This document shows, one piece after another, positions 1 to 13,300 of a stretch of 63,992 nucleotides of DNA (positions are counted from its first letter, which is position 1; every line of letters begins with the position of its first letter). This stretch comes from Rhynchobatus australiae (taxonomy: Eukaryota): positions 9,886,278 to 9,950,269 of the forward strand of contig JAUZTB010000063.1 in NCBI GenBank assembly GCA_034780895.1, read 5' to 3'. A model generated the notes under the pieces. It made no database searches, was not told the DNA's origin, and was given only the letters and a program-made list of their open reading frames with translations. A program made the translations under genes and the position numbers.

Positions 1-984
1 CTCTTTTCCTCCTCCTTTCAGTGTCACTTTCTACCTGTTGCAGTAGAGTATTGCTCATCTTGTGTTATGTCCCTTTAAGAAATGGGAGCAAAAGTTGCAT
101 CCGCTGGGTTACATGCTGACAAATGCAGGAGCTTGCAACACATCAATAGAGAATGCTGTGCTGAAACCACCTCTCCCACATTCAACTTGGTGCCACATGG
201 AAACCTAGCAACATTTCTGTAAACCTCACAACTGAGGTACTCTGTCTCTGTGACTTTCCTAAACTCTTTTAATGCTGATTTAGTGTCAAGTAATTTCTAG
301 ACTAAGGGATCTGAGAATCAGATAGAGAAGAGGACAAGGTAAAGAATAAGCAACGATCTTGAATGGTAGAGAAAGGTCAAAGGTCCTAATAGCCTACTTC
401 GTTTTTAAAATTCCATTTCAAACATCAAAGTTATTATGAGCAATATTTTGAATTTTGGCTAGCTGATTTATCTACTAAATCCCTCCTGGGTCTTGCAGTA
501 ATAAAGAGCTATTGTTGACATATTTGATTCTTCTGACCCTCCCTTCTCAGTTTCTTTATCTGAACTTTTTCCTCATTCCAATTACTCAGTTGCCAAAACA
601 AATAAGAAGACCTGGTGAGTGTCATTCTGAGGCAAGAAGGCCAAAGATTCTGTTGTTCACTGATTTAAAACTTTTAGACAAAGATGCTATTTTCACAGCA
701 TGGAAAATGATGAAATTTCTTTTCTATGAGAGAGAGCTTTCCTGGGTGGAACACCTCGTATTAACTGTTAACCAATCCAAGCCCAGCTTGAAGCATTTTT
801 TAAACTACTTGATTCTGATTTTTTTTCCATGCCTACATTTTGGCACATTTTTAAGTAAATAGTTTTCACAAACTTAATGCAAACAGTAACAAAATATGAT
901 GCTATTGAGTTGTCGACCCAAGATCTTACAGTTTGGGTACATCAATATATACCATGAATCCTAATTATCTCTTGGGGACGTTAC

Positions 985-1400
985 TGAAGTATTGGTATTG
1001 ATTTATTATTGTCACTTGTACTGAGGTGCAGCAAAAAACTGTCTTGCATACCGATCATGCAGGTCAATTCATTACACAGTGCAGTTACATTGAGTTGGTT
1101 CAGACTGCATTGAGGTAGTACATGTAAAAACAACAGCAGTACAGAGTGAAGTGTCACAGCTACAGAGAGAGTGCAGTGCAATAAGGTGCACGGTCACAAG
1201 GTAGATCATGAGATCACAGTCCTTCTCATTGTGTAAGGGAACCGTTCAATAGTCTTATCACAGTGGGATAGAAGCTGTCCTTAAGCCTGGTGGTATGTGC
1301 CCTCAGGCTCCTGTATCTTTTACCTGATGGAAGAAGAGAGAATGGCCCGGGTGGGTGGGGTCTTTGATTACGTTGGCTGCTTCGCCAAGGCAGTATGGAT
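985..1400 (-). mobile_element. Rex1/Babar-type LINE, 3' fragment
   Basis: Minus-strand peptide FSLLPSGKRYRSLRAHTTRLKDSFYPTVIRLLN is the typical Rex1 C-terminus, followed by a 3' UTR with aataaa. Confidence 0.75.
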
Positions 1401-2209
1401 ATCTCATCTACATGCAAAATAGGATGTTTCATATCTTGAGTCCAATAGAGATGAGAAGCTGCAGAGGAAGTAAGTGGTCATTTGAAGTATTAATTACTGG
1501 TTGTAATATACACAGCAACCCAAGCTCACTTTACCTCTTCCCACTGCACATTAATCATGTTTTGATTTAAAGCCTGTTGTACACACAAAATAAAATCATA
1601 TCATAATTCGTTATCTTGGATATACAAGATAAAGCAAAATGTATTGTCTTTATTTCAAAAGGATTTAAGTGCAGGAGTAGAGATGCCTTACCACAATTAC
1701 TTAGGGTTTTTGCAAGACGTTAATTCGAGTAATGTGTATAGTTTTGATGTACTTGTCTTAAAAAAGGATATACTTAGATTGAGTGCAATAAAGATTCACT
1801 AAAGTAGTTCCAGGAATGATGGATTTGCTAAATGAGGGGGAATGGAGGAGACTCTGTTTGCATTCTTTAGAGTTTCATAAAATGAGGTTAACTGGAAAAT
1901 TTATTCTACTGTGTAACACCTCGAAAAGGAAGTGAATTAAAAATATGTTAGTGTTAATAGAATAACTTCCAATAGTTTGAAAAATCTGTTAATATGGCAT
2001 GACCAAATCCTAATCGTGGTCAGATTGTTCCTTTTAATGTTGCTGATTCTTTGGGTTTCTCTACCTCCATATTGAGGCTCTGATATAGAGTTCATTTAAA
2101 ATATATTGAGAAACTGAACAATGTTAAAGCAATCGAGAGATATAGGGATAGTTTAGGAAAATGGATTGTAGTGGACCTTTTTTTTTGAAAATATTCATTA
2201 TAATGTCCA

Positions 2210-3000
2210 TTCACGCTTGTGCCTCAGTGAATGTATCAACAATGGCTTGGAGCTTAACTTGAGCATGCACAAATGTAAGCACGGTCTGTATATTGTAACC
2301 CCTGAAGTTCAGGGAGAGTAATTGCTGTAGGTAGTTCCTGTCACTTCTGAAGATTGAATCCATGTTTGTTGGAGGTGAGATGCGACATTACTGCAAGGAT
2401 TGAGAAGTGTTGAAGCAAATGATGCCTGCCTTCACTGAGACTGGTTCTGTTGCAAACCTTGCACATCAGTATGGATCAAGTGTTAGATGGTGATAGATTT
2501 CTGTGGGAAGCCAAATTTGAGGAGGATATTCTACATTTCCTTGTGATTGATGGAGTTGAGGGCATTACTGGGATTGATGAAGGCCATGTTTTGTGGCTGG
2601 TGCCATTTGCTGTTCTTGTCCTGGAATTGTTGTGTGGTGAAGATTCTGTCTGTTATCTTTCTGGATGAATGGAATCCACAATGTGATTTGGGAAGCAGCT
2701 TTTTCTCCAGAGAGGAGGACCCTGGCAATGCTTTTTTTCTATAGTGGACAGCAGGGTAACCCCTCTAATTTAGCTTGGGAAGATTGGTTTCCTTTCTTGA
2801 AGAAGGTGACAATTATGGTTTGAGGTCCAGATTTGGGTGATAAGACTGAATTGGTGATAGAAGCTCTTTTACATCAGGTTTTAGGATTTAAATGGGAATA
2901 CTGTCTGCTGCCAAGGCTTTATTTTTGAGTTGGGCTATATCCTCCTTGAAATCTCATCAATCAGCAAATAACACATTGAGGTAGAACACAGAATACTGAC
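2210..3000 (-). mobile_element. Degenerate RTE-clade LINE reverse transcriptase fragment
   Basis: LLPKSHCGFHSSRKITDRIFTTQQFQDK...HQPQNMAFI resembles the RTE motif LPESQCGFR..RGTTDMIF.ARQLQEK..EQ..PLY.AFID. Confidence 0.75.
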
Positions 3001-4173
3001 CAGAGGTGAACTTTGATAAACATAGATTTTTTAAAATATTTTGTACAGGATTTCTGGTGTTTGTACTCTGCAGACCTCGAGGTCAATGTTTTGTTTTGCA
3101 TTACTTTATATTGGTTAAATTCCAAGATCACTCAGTACTTTGGTGACTGTTTATGTTTAGACTAAGAACCAGGTACATCTTTGAACTCAATATGAATTGT
3201 TATTAAACTAGTTACTTTTTCAGCCAAGTTTTTAAATTAGTTTAATTTTCCACCCACATCTGAGTGAAGCAAGCTTTCCTATAGTGAGTTATTGTTCAAG
3301 CACCAATGAATCCTACCTGCAGAATTTTCTGATGTGAATTAGGGTACACGCTCGTCATTTGTGAGCAACTTGCATAAAAATGTTCAGTACGAAATATTGA
3401 TTTTTCAAGTGTGATGTAGAACCTTCCCATTTTAGCAATTTTATATTATGTAGAATATGTGGTGTGTTAATGTGTGTAAAAAAAAAACAAGTTATATTAA
3501 AACTAGAAATCTGGAAAGCATTGAGTTGGAATGAGTATGATTTTTGACTTTGAATTTGCAAACTAACTTATGAGGGGATAGTCAATAAAGTCAATTGTAT
3601 AGGCTGCTTTACTGACAAGTTAATATAATATTTAAATCACTAGTGTCATTTGAAAGAAGAAGAGAAATCTGTGTGAAATATTCACAACTATTTAGAAGAA
3701 ATAAGTGAACAAATATTTGAAAGAGATGTGATCATGATATTGGTCTTAAAATCCTGAAATACACTTCCTTATAAAAGGAGATATTTTTAGTCTGTCCTCG
3801 TCACTAGCTCCTGTCACCTATAGCCTTGCATGTAAATTTGCCATTATTCTATAGTTAGTGGATATGATGCTTATTGACTATTATTTCAATGCCAGTGAAG
3901 GCCTTGTTTAGTTGTAAGAACTATTATAGTACTCACTTCTGGAAGGACGGAGAAGGTGCCAAAATCATATCTTGATTTCATTAACTGGTGTAAAAGTGGG
4001 ATTTGTATGATCTAGGTTTGGCCACAAATGTGAAGGAGATAATAAGGTCTAAATGCAATTAGTTTAACTCTTTTCCAACTCTAATTACACTAATGAAATA
4101 GCATTCGGATCTTCATACTGCATCCTTGCTAGATTGCTAAGACATTCCCATAACCATGAACTCTGTTTTATAG

Positions 4174-4237
4174 GCCTCCTCTCCGACGTGGAAGTTCCTT
4201 CACCTTCCTGACCCCTGGACCATGGGATTTTACTTTG
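4174..4237 (+). CDS. NET1: NET1 long-isoform coding exon (equivalent to human exon 2): (x)PPLRRGSSFTFLTPGPWDFTL
   Basis: Acceptor ctctgttttatag|G and donor TTG|gtgtgt. 64 nt (1 nt plus 21 codons). Matches recalled human NET1 SLRRGSSFTFLTPGPNWDFTL. Ends in phase 0, compatible with the exon at 15781. Confidence 0.9.
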
Positions 4238-4729
4238 GTGTGTATTTTCTGTTGTACTGAGTGTTTCAACAGGTATTTGTGATGCATCTTAACTTTTTTT
4301 TAAATTCAGAATGCTTAAATTTAATATAAATGTTGATAAGTTTCAAAATGTGGTTATATTTTCCTCTACAGTGAAAGTGCCAATGTTATTTAAATTAGGC
4401 TTATCCAAAGAATGCTGTCACTTTTAATGCAAGCATTATTTGTATTATTTTCAGATTTAATTTTATGGTTAAGGTTTTATGGAAAGAAATGAGTAAAAGG
4501 ATTGTTTACAATCCTTGCACTTTATTTTCATAATTCATGCTGTGCTTGTTTTCTTATTTCTGATTTTTTTTCTATCCAAGATCCCCAACTAGCAATCTTT
4601 ATTAAAACCTTTGTGGGATATGTGGAACATCCTTGTTTCTGTTGTCTTCAGGTCCCCTCCCTCAATCCTCTCTCCTTTACGTTGATGATATTGGTGCTGC
4701 TTCCTGCACTTGTATAGAACTCAAATTTC

Positions 4730-4995
4730 ACAAGAACACAAGAAAATGGGAGCAAACCACCAGGCCCTTCAAGCCAGCCCCACCATGCAATATGATCATG
4801 GCTGATCTATGCTGTCCTCAATGACTTTTGTGCCAGTTTCCAATAACTCAATTCCTCCTTTTAAATATTTATCCATCTCACAAATATATCTGGTGATCTG
4901 GCCTCCATCACCTTTGAGAGCAGAGAATTCCAGACATTCACTACCCTCAGAAGAACTTCCTGCACACCTCTATTTTAAATGACAGGCCCCTTTAT
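4730..4995 (-). mobile_element. CR1 LINE 3' end
   Basis: Reverse of the CR1 tail (gcccttcaagcc...atgatcatggctgatct...gcagagaattccagacattcactaccctc). The same motif recurs near 23710, 33430 and 35580. Confidence 0.65.
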
Positions 4996-5559
4996 TTTTG
5001 TGGTTGGCAATTCTTTCTTGTTTACATCCACAATCACAGCAGAAATTAATTTTTTTTAAAAAGCTGGAAATAATGAGGTTGTACACATTTATNNNNNNNN
5101 NNNNNNNNNNNNNNNNNNNNNNNNNNNNNNNNNNNNNNNNNNNNNNNNNNNNNNNNNNNNNNNNNNNNNNNNNNNNNNNNNNNNNNNNNNNNTACACATT
5201 TATAGGAAGAAAAAAACAAGTCAATGTTTTACAGAAAATACCTTTACTAAAATCTGATTTCTGTTCTGCTCCAAAACATTTACATAAGAATTTTTAGCTT
5301 TTTTTGCATTTATTTTCATCTTGGAATGAACTGTAGCACTTTGTTCATGAAGTGAAATGACTGTCAAAGAGGAATGATCTTGCTTTCTAACAAATAGGGA
5401 GCTCTCTCAGCATCTAAGTAATCCGTCAACTAAGTAATCCTCATCAAAGCAAACTTAACTGGTTTTGTGATTTTTTTTAAACTGTGCTCTACTGGGTTGC
5501 AAATGTACGTTTCAGCATTGTGCAATAAGATAGGATTAATTAATGACATTATGAAGGCA

Positions 5560-6480
5560 CCCTTGAGTAGCAAGTGGTTGTAATATTATTGAATTTTACA
5601 GTTTGCAGGAAAGAAGATGGTTCTAAGCTTAGTATTTTAAATTTAACTACGGACATTTGTGAGTGCATGAAAGCAGAGCTAGATGAAGTGAACAGGCCAA
5701 ACTAAGGGATCTGCCAGTTGAGGTGCAATGGTAGACATTTACCAGGATCTTGCAAACGTGTATAGAAAATACTCATTCTAAAGAGAGAAATTACGAATGG
5801 AGGACTCGCCATCTACAGTTAATGAAAAAAGTTATTGATAGTTTTTTTTGAAAAAAAGGCAAAACATGTAATTGTGCAAAGGTGCATGGAAGGTCTGATT
5901 GGCAGAATATTAGAAAAACAATGGCTAAAGGATTAATAAGGAAAGAAAAGTTGAAGTATGAGATGAAGCTAGCCAGAAGTATAAAAACAGTTTTAAAAGT
6001 TAACAAAATGATTGTTGGTTCCATAGAAAATAAGTGTGGAATTAATAATAGAAAACAGAGATGGCAGACAAATTAAACATCACACTTTGCATTTATCTTC
6101 ACTAGAGAGGACTCTAGTAATATCCCAGAATTAGCTGTTTATAAGGAATGGTAAGGCACCGAGAAATTCAAGAAAATTAGGGATGCGATTGTTAGAGTGC
6201 AGGCTGACAAGTCTCTGTTTCTGATGGATTTCATCCTAGTGTCTTAGGAAGTGGCAAATGAAATAGTTGGTGCATTAGTTTTTCAAAATTCCCTAGATTT
6301 GTGGAAGGTTCCATTAGATTGGGGAAAATAGTAAAATGTAACTCCTTTATTCAAAAAAGGAGTGAAACAAAACAGGAAACTAAAGGCCATTTAGTTCAGC
6401 ATGTCAATGGGAAAATGTTGTATGCCATTATTAAAGATGTTATTGCAGGGCACTGAAAAAAAACTTCAAGATAACGAGCA
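5560..6480 (+). mobile_element. Degenerate CR1 ORF2 fragment
   Basis: Decayed KSP..DG.HP.VL, VP.DW...NVTPLFKKG and following motifs from the region upstream of the RT core. Confidence 0.7.
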
Positions 6481-6976
6481 AGTAAAATGATGCCTGGTTT
6501 GTCAGCCATGGCTTGTCTGAAAAAGTGAGAAGAGCACTTGGTGGTGGAGCCTCTGCCAACTCCCTCAGTGCATCATCCCGGACCCCTCAGAACATGCCAC
6601 TTTAAAGCATTCAGCCATGGACAATATCTTACTCTGGAATACCAATGAGATTTGGGCAGACCGAGGTGTGTCTTGCACCAAAGTGATGATTCTCCAGCTG
6701 TGATTCAAATTTGTTTCAGTGTGTGCTCCTGGGATCCACTGATGGAAATTGATTAAAAATAGAGGCCACTAATGTAAGTCTCTGAGAAAGCAAATAGTAA
6801 ATTCAGAAGAAACCACGAACTGTTGGCAAATTTGCATAAACTAAGTCCACAGATTCATGGTTTACACTTATTAAAACTAGTAGCAATCTGTATAATAAGT
6901 GATTTCCTACTCTCCAAATGTTTGTTCCCAATTAGAATGAGTACCTGTTTAAGATGGTATAAGAGACTTCAAAGTC

Positions 6977-7215
6977 GGGGCAGCACAGTAGCATAGTGGT
7001 TAGCACGACGCTATTACAGCGCCAGCGACCCGGGTTCGATTCCTGCTTCTGCCTGCAAGGGGTTTGTACGTTCTCCCGTGTCTGCATGGGTTTCCTCCGG
7101 GTGCTCCGGTTTCTTCCCACATTCCAAAGACACATGGGTAGGTTAATTTGGGGTTTAAAATGGGTGGTGTGGACTCGTTGGGCTGGAAGGGCCTGTTACC
7201 ACGCTGTAAATAAAA
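6977..7215 (+). mobile_element. tRNA-derived V-SINE (HE1-like), well preserved
   Basis: A box tagcatagtgg (6989-6999), B box ggttcgattcc (7033-7043), V-domain gtttgtacgttctcccgtgtctgcatgggtttcctccgggtgctccggtttc, and a CR1-like 3' tail. Confidence 0.88.
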
Positions 7216-10200
7216 NNNNNNNNNNNNNNNNNNNNNNNNNNNNNNNNNNNNNNNNNNNNNNNNNNNNNNNNNNNNNNNNNNNNNNNNNNNNNNNNNNNNN
7301 NNNNNNNNNNNNNNNNNNNNNNNNNNNNNNNNNNNNNNNNNNNNNNNNNNNNNNNNNNNNNNNNNNNNNNNNNNNNNNNNNNNNNNNNNNNNNNNNNNNN
7401 NNNNNNNNNNNNNNNNNNNNNNNNNNNNNNNNNNNNNNNNNNNNNNNNNNNNNNNNNNNNNNNNNNNNNNNNNNNNNNNNNNNNNNNNNNNNNNNNNNNN
7501 NNNNNNNNNNNNNNNNNNNNNNNNNNNNNNNNNNNNNNNNNNNNNNNNNNNNNNNNNNNNNNNNNNNNNNNNNNNNNNNNNNNNNNNNNNNNNNNNNNNN
7601 NNNNNNNNNNNNNNNNNNNNNNNNNNNNNNNNNNNNNNNNNNNNNNNNNNNNNNNNNNNNNTAATTCCATGAGATGAATTTTCATTCCATATTCCAGATC
7701 TTTTGATCGTGATTGGTGAGTTTCTGTCATCTGAACTGCTGTAATGCAGGGGTCACCTCTGTGTTATGGCCTTTCAGGTTAGAGAAATTCACCCTTTCAG
7801 AATTCATAAATCACTACCCAAAAATTTGAGATTTGTAAATTCCATGAGAGCAAATTTTATTCCGGGGGTGGGGGGGGGGGAGGGTAAATAAATCAACATA
7901 AAATTTATTTTTTCTCATCTGTCATTTCTTGATGCATGTGCAGATGACGCAGCTTCATGTTATGGAAAAACATTTTCTAGGGACACAACCCTAACCCCCG
8001 CACCCCCCTTCCAGTAACATGGGTCACCTGTAAGATATGACAGATTCTAAATAAATATCTTGGATCAATCTTCACAGTAGAAGAAGCACAAAAAAATTGC
8101 ATTTAAAATGGAGAAGGAACTATAGTGAAGGAGGAACTTGTAATGGTCTTTAACATTTGGAGGCCTGTCTGTCTCACCTGAAAGGTGGCTTATTTATAGG
8201 ATAGATTTCGGACCATAAGTAGTATTGTAAAATGAATGCAATGTGAGAATGTTTGTTATGGTGCTGGAATATGGAATGGGAAAATAGTCCTGATCATTGC
8301 AGTTTTACAGCTGTATGTATTGAATAAGGACAGATTTGGGCTTGAATAGTATGCTGGCATTTTCTGCCTGCACATTCCCAGTGATAACAGATACTAAGGA
8401 AACGTATTGGTACTTTGTCAACTCAGCCTTGGCTCAAAATAAGTAGGATTTGGATAAAGAACAAGGCTCTGGTTGCCTTAAATTGGTCAGGATTAGAAAT
8501 GCAAAATCTATATTTCTGATTTATTTTTTTATTTACCTGGCATATAATCTTCAGTGCAGGAACTGATGGAAGCAGGCAATTAGATATATATCTGACAAGC
8601 AGAAATGTGTCTAGCTCTAGGCAAAGAGCAAGGGAAAGGGACTGGTTAGATGGTCTACACTGAGCCAGCACAAAAGATGGACAAAATATTCTTTTGTGCT
8701 TTTCAATTTTATGATGGCAGTATTGGAGGAAACCCTTATTTGTTGAGGAGGAAACATTAACACTTTGTACAATGACGCAGCATAGTATTTTAAATGCACC
8801 ATGATAATAAATATAAGCAAGGTCAGGCAATAATGGTTACTTGTCAGTCACTTTATAGTAGCAAATAGGTGTCAGCTACTTAATTCATTCCTTCATTTAC
8901 ATCAGGGGAAGTGACTGAAGAGTCTGTTTACACTTCTCTGATGCCGTGATATGTTGATTTGGCTGGATCTCTTTCGAATATGCTTTTTATTGAGATGTTT
9001 TACTAGGTGAATGTTAAATGAAGCTTTCGTATTCTTCAGATACAGTCTACCCAGATGTATCTCACAGGGGTGGGGTGGAAGGAACAAAAGCTTCACACCT
9101 TGTGCCAGTAAATATTCTAGAAGCCAAAGCACTAATTTCCTCAAAGAACACTCATCTTTTTCATAATGCAGCTGAGCAAATAAAGACTTTGACACCTATC
9201 TAATGTGTACTTCGAAGCTGTCACTTTGTACGTAACCACATTTTGTATCAAATGTATATTTTGTATGTGTTTAAAATATGGCTAATTGGTGCTATTATCA
9301 TTTCAAATAAGCTCATTTCTATCAAAGTAATGAAGGACTTATAATTAGTGGAAGTGTACTAATTGTGAATTAGAGTAAGGTATGGGGAAAAATCTAATCA
9401 TTTAAAAGGAATACCTCTGAATTTTTAATTAGTCACTGGTCATGTAATGGTCACTGCATGATCATTAATACCTTGTCATTTGCTGAAGGTTGGGGAAGGA
9501 ATTGATTTTTAAAAAAAAATTGTGACCCCTTCATAGAGTTATATAATATAGAATGTGTTGGCACAGAAGGAGGTCATCTGGAGCACCGTGCCATTTGTAG
9601 CTGAAGTAGCCTAATCTTATTTTCAGCTCTTGGTTTGTATTTTTGCAGATTAGGCAAACAAAAGTTTTTAGAAAATGCAATTAATGTTTCTTTGAGAACC
9701 ATGCCTTCAAGCAGCAGATTCCAGGTTCATTGCCCTCAGTGTGAGGGTGGAGTAATGTTCACATCATCTTTCTCATATTTTAGCGATCACTTTAAACCAA
9801 TGCACCTTGATTTTTGACCTCTATTATATGAACATTCAAGTAAATCTTCCCTCAATTTCCTCTGTTCCAAAGGAAATATCTCTTAACACCTTCAGAGAAA
9901 GAAGATCAGCACCATCTTTAACCTGACAGCTCTTTATTATTTCAGGTTGGTGAGCAGATGCTCCTGCCAGCTGTTTTTGTCCAGTAAAGTGTTGAGCTTT
10001 GCCAAGAACTTCTATTTAAGGAGGGTTTAAAATAGAATGCTATCTTTATTTTCTGCTGTCTCACAGAATTGATTCCACAATGGATTTTGTTTTTACCAGT
10101 TTTATGGTCAAATTTTTTTATAGGTTATTTTATTCTTATTTAAATTTTATTTCTTGCACAAAATTCAGATAAAATGCTGAGAAAATTGCAGGTAAAACTT

Positions 10201-10399
10201 CTGTTTCCCAAAAACAATGGTCAACCAGGAAGTTCATAATGAAACAAATGGCATCAAAATCACAAGGTTGCTATTTTTGCTGGTGTCCTTAAAAACTAAA
10301 TCCATGTGAGCTGCTTATTTTTATGTGCAGAATTGTAAGTTTAGAGAACTGAATAGTTTCCAGTGTGGCCCTCTTTCCTGATGGTCATGGTAGGTTTAA

Positions 10400-13300
10400 T
10401 GCAAACTGGGTGGCCGTCAGGAGAGCGAAAGGGGATTAGCAGTAAGTTCAGGGTACCCTGTGGCTGTTCCTCTCTGTAACAAGTATATCATTTTAGATGT
10501 TCTTGGGGCAGACAGCCTATCAGAGGAAAGCCACAATGGCCAGCTCTCTGGCACTGAGTCTGGCTCTGTGGCTCAAGAGAATGGAGTGGGGGAGAGGAAT
10601 GTAGCAGTGATAGAGGATTCATTGGTTAGGAGATTCTGCGGACAAGAACGAGACTCCCAAATGACATATTACCTCCCGGGTGCCAGGGTTAGTGATGTCT
10701 TGGATCGAGCCCAGAGCATTCTTGGGGGGAAGGGGGGTGAGCAGCCAGAAGTTGTGGTCCATTATCATTACCAACAACATAGACAGGAAGGGTGATGAGG
10801 TCCAGCAAAGTGAGTTTAGGGAGTTAGGTTTTGACTTAAAAGACAGGATTGCTACCTGTGCCACATGCTAGTGAGGCAAGAAATAGAAACGTAGTGCAGT
10901 GTAACACATGGCTGAGGAGATGGTGCAGGAGGGCGGGCTTCATATTTTTGGATCATTGGGCTCTTCCAGGGCAGGTGGGACCTCCACAATTGGGGCGGTT
11001 TACACCTGAACTGAAGGGGAACCAAAATCCTTGCAGGAAGGTTTGCTGCTGTTGCTTGGGGGTGTTTAGAGTTGCAGAGGGGATGGGAACCAGAGTGGCG
11101 GGGCAGTGGAGTGGCTGTGAGGAAAGTAGATCTTAAGCCTACAAGCAAAGACAAAAATCACCTGGTTGATGAGTATGGTGGGACTAATGTTCTGAGATGT
11201 CTGTTTCAATGCAAGGAGCACTGTAGGGCAGATGAACTTAGAGCATGGATCAATACGTGGAATTATGATGTTATAGCCATTAATGAGACTTGGTGATAGG
11301 AGGGGCAAGACTGGCAGCTCAATGTTCCAGGGTTCTGATGTTTCAGACATAATGGAGAGGGAGGTATTAAAGGGGGAGGGTGGCATTACTCCTCAGTGAA
11401 AATGTCATGGCAATGATCAGAAGACACGCTGGAGGGTTTGTTGACTGTGGCAATATGGGTGGAACTGAGGAATAAAAAAGGGATGACCAGGTTAATGGAA
11501 CTATATTATAGACCTCCCAATAGTCAGCAGGATTTTGAGGAACAAATTTGTAGAGAGATTGCAAATAGTTGCAAGAAAAATAAGGCTGCGATGGTAGTTA
11601 ATCTTTAATTTTCAACAAATTGACTGGGACTCCCATATTGTAAAGGGATTGGATGGGATAGAGTTTGTAAGATGTGTTCAAAAATTTGTGGAGATCCCAA
11701 CCAGAGAGAGTGTGATAACTGGATCTCCTCTTGGAGATTGAGAGTGGACAGGTGACTAAGTGTGTGTGAGAACACTTTGGATCTAGTGATTATANNNNNN
11801 NNNNNNNNNNNNNNNNNNNNNNNNNNNNNNNNNNNNNNNNNNNNNNNNNNNNNNNNNNNNNNNNNNNNNNNNNNNNNNNNNNNNNNNNNNNNNNGTGAGA
11901 ACACTTTGGATCTAGTGATTATAATTCCATTAGTTTCAAGATAACTATGGAGAAGGATAGGTCCAAGGGTTGAGATTCTAAATTGGAGTAAGGCCAATTT
12001 TGATGGCATCGGAAGGGATCTGGCAGGCATGGATTGGGATAGGCTGTTTTCTGGCAAAGAGATGCTTTCTATGTGGGAGGCTTTCAAAAGTCAAGTATTG
12101 AGAGTACAGAATCTGTATGTCCCTGTTAGAATAAAAGGCAAGGCTAACAGGTTTAGGGAGCCTTAGTTATCGAGGGATATTGAGGCCCTGGTAAAGAAAA
12201 AGAAGATGGCACATTTCAGTAATAGGCAGTTAGGGTCAAGTGAGGCGCTTGAAGAGTATAAGAAATGCAAGAGAACACTTGAGATAAATCACGAGGGCTA
12301 AAAGTGGACATGAGGTTGCTCCAGCAGATAAGGTGAAAGAGAATCCCAAGAGTTTCTGTAGCTATGTTAAGAGCAAAAGGGTAGCAAAGGACAAAATTGG
12401 TCCTCTTGAAGATCACCATGGTCATCTATGCATGGAGCAGAAGAAAATAGGAGAGATCTTAAATAAATTTTTTGCATCTGTATTTACTCTGGAGACAGAC
12501 ATGGGGACTATAGAACTAAGGTAAAAGTGTAGTGAAGTCATGGACCATATCCAGATTACAGAAGTGGAGGTGCTTGCTGCCTTGAAGTGAATTAAGGTGA
12601 ATAAATCGCCAGGGCCTGACAAAGTGTCCCTTCGGACCTTGCGGGAGGCTAGTGTAGAAATTGCATGGGCCCTGGCAGAGATATTTAAAATGACCTTGGC
12701 CACGGGTGAGGTACCGGAGGACTGGAGGATAACTAATGTTGTTCAAGAAAGGCTCTAAGAATAAGCCAGGAAATTAAAGGCTGGTGAGCTTGGCTTCAGT
12801 CGTAGGTAAATTATTGAAAGGTATTCTAAGGGACAGGGTATGTAAGTATTTGGATAGACAGAGCCTAATTAGGGATAGTCAACATGACTTTGTACATGGC
12901 AGGTCATGTCTAACCATTCTTGTGGAGTTTTTCTGAGGAGGTTACTAAGGAGGTTAATGAGGGAAAGGCAGTGGACATTGTCTACATGGACTTCAGCAAA
13001 GCCTTTGTCAAAAGTCCTGCATGGGAGACTGGTACAAATGGTTATGTCACTTGGCATTCAGGATGAAGTAGCCAATTGTATTCAACATTGGCTTAGTGGG
13101 AGAAACCAGAGAGTTGTAGTGACGGGAGGCCTGTGACTAGTGGTGTGCTGCAGGGATCAGTGCTGGATCTGTTGTTGTTTATCATCTATATTAATGACCA
13201 AGATGATAATGTGTTAAACTGGATCAGCAAATTTGCAGATGACACCATGATTGCGGTGTAGTGAACAGCAAGGAAGGCAATCAAAGCTTACAGCTTGANN

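Noticed and set aside
512-862. 116-aa ORF
   Set aside because: Non-ATG start, no recognisable domain, intronic AT-rich sequence. NET1 exon 1 was not found here.
6977-7050. tRNA gene
   Set aside because: A and B boxes are present, but the sequence continues into a V-domain and LINE tail, so it is a SINE head.
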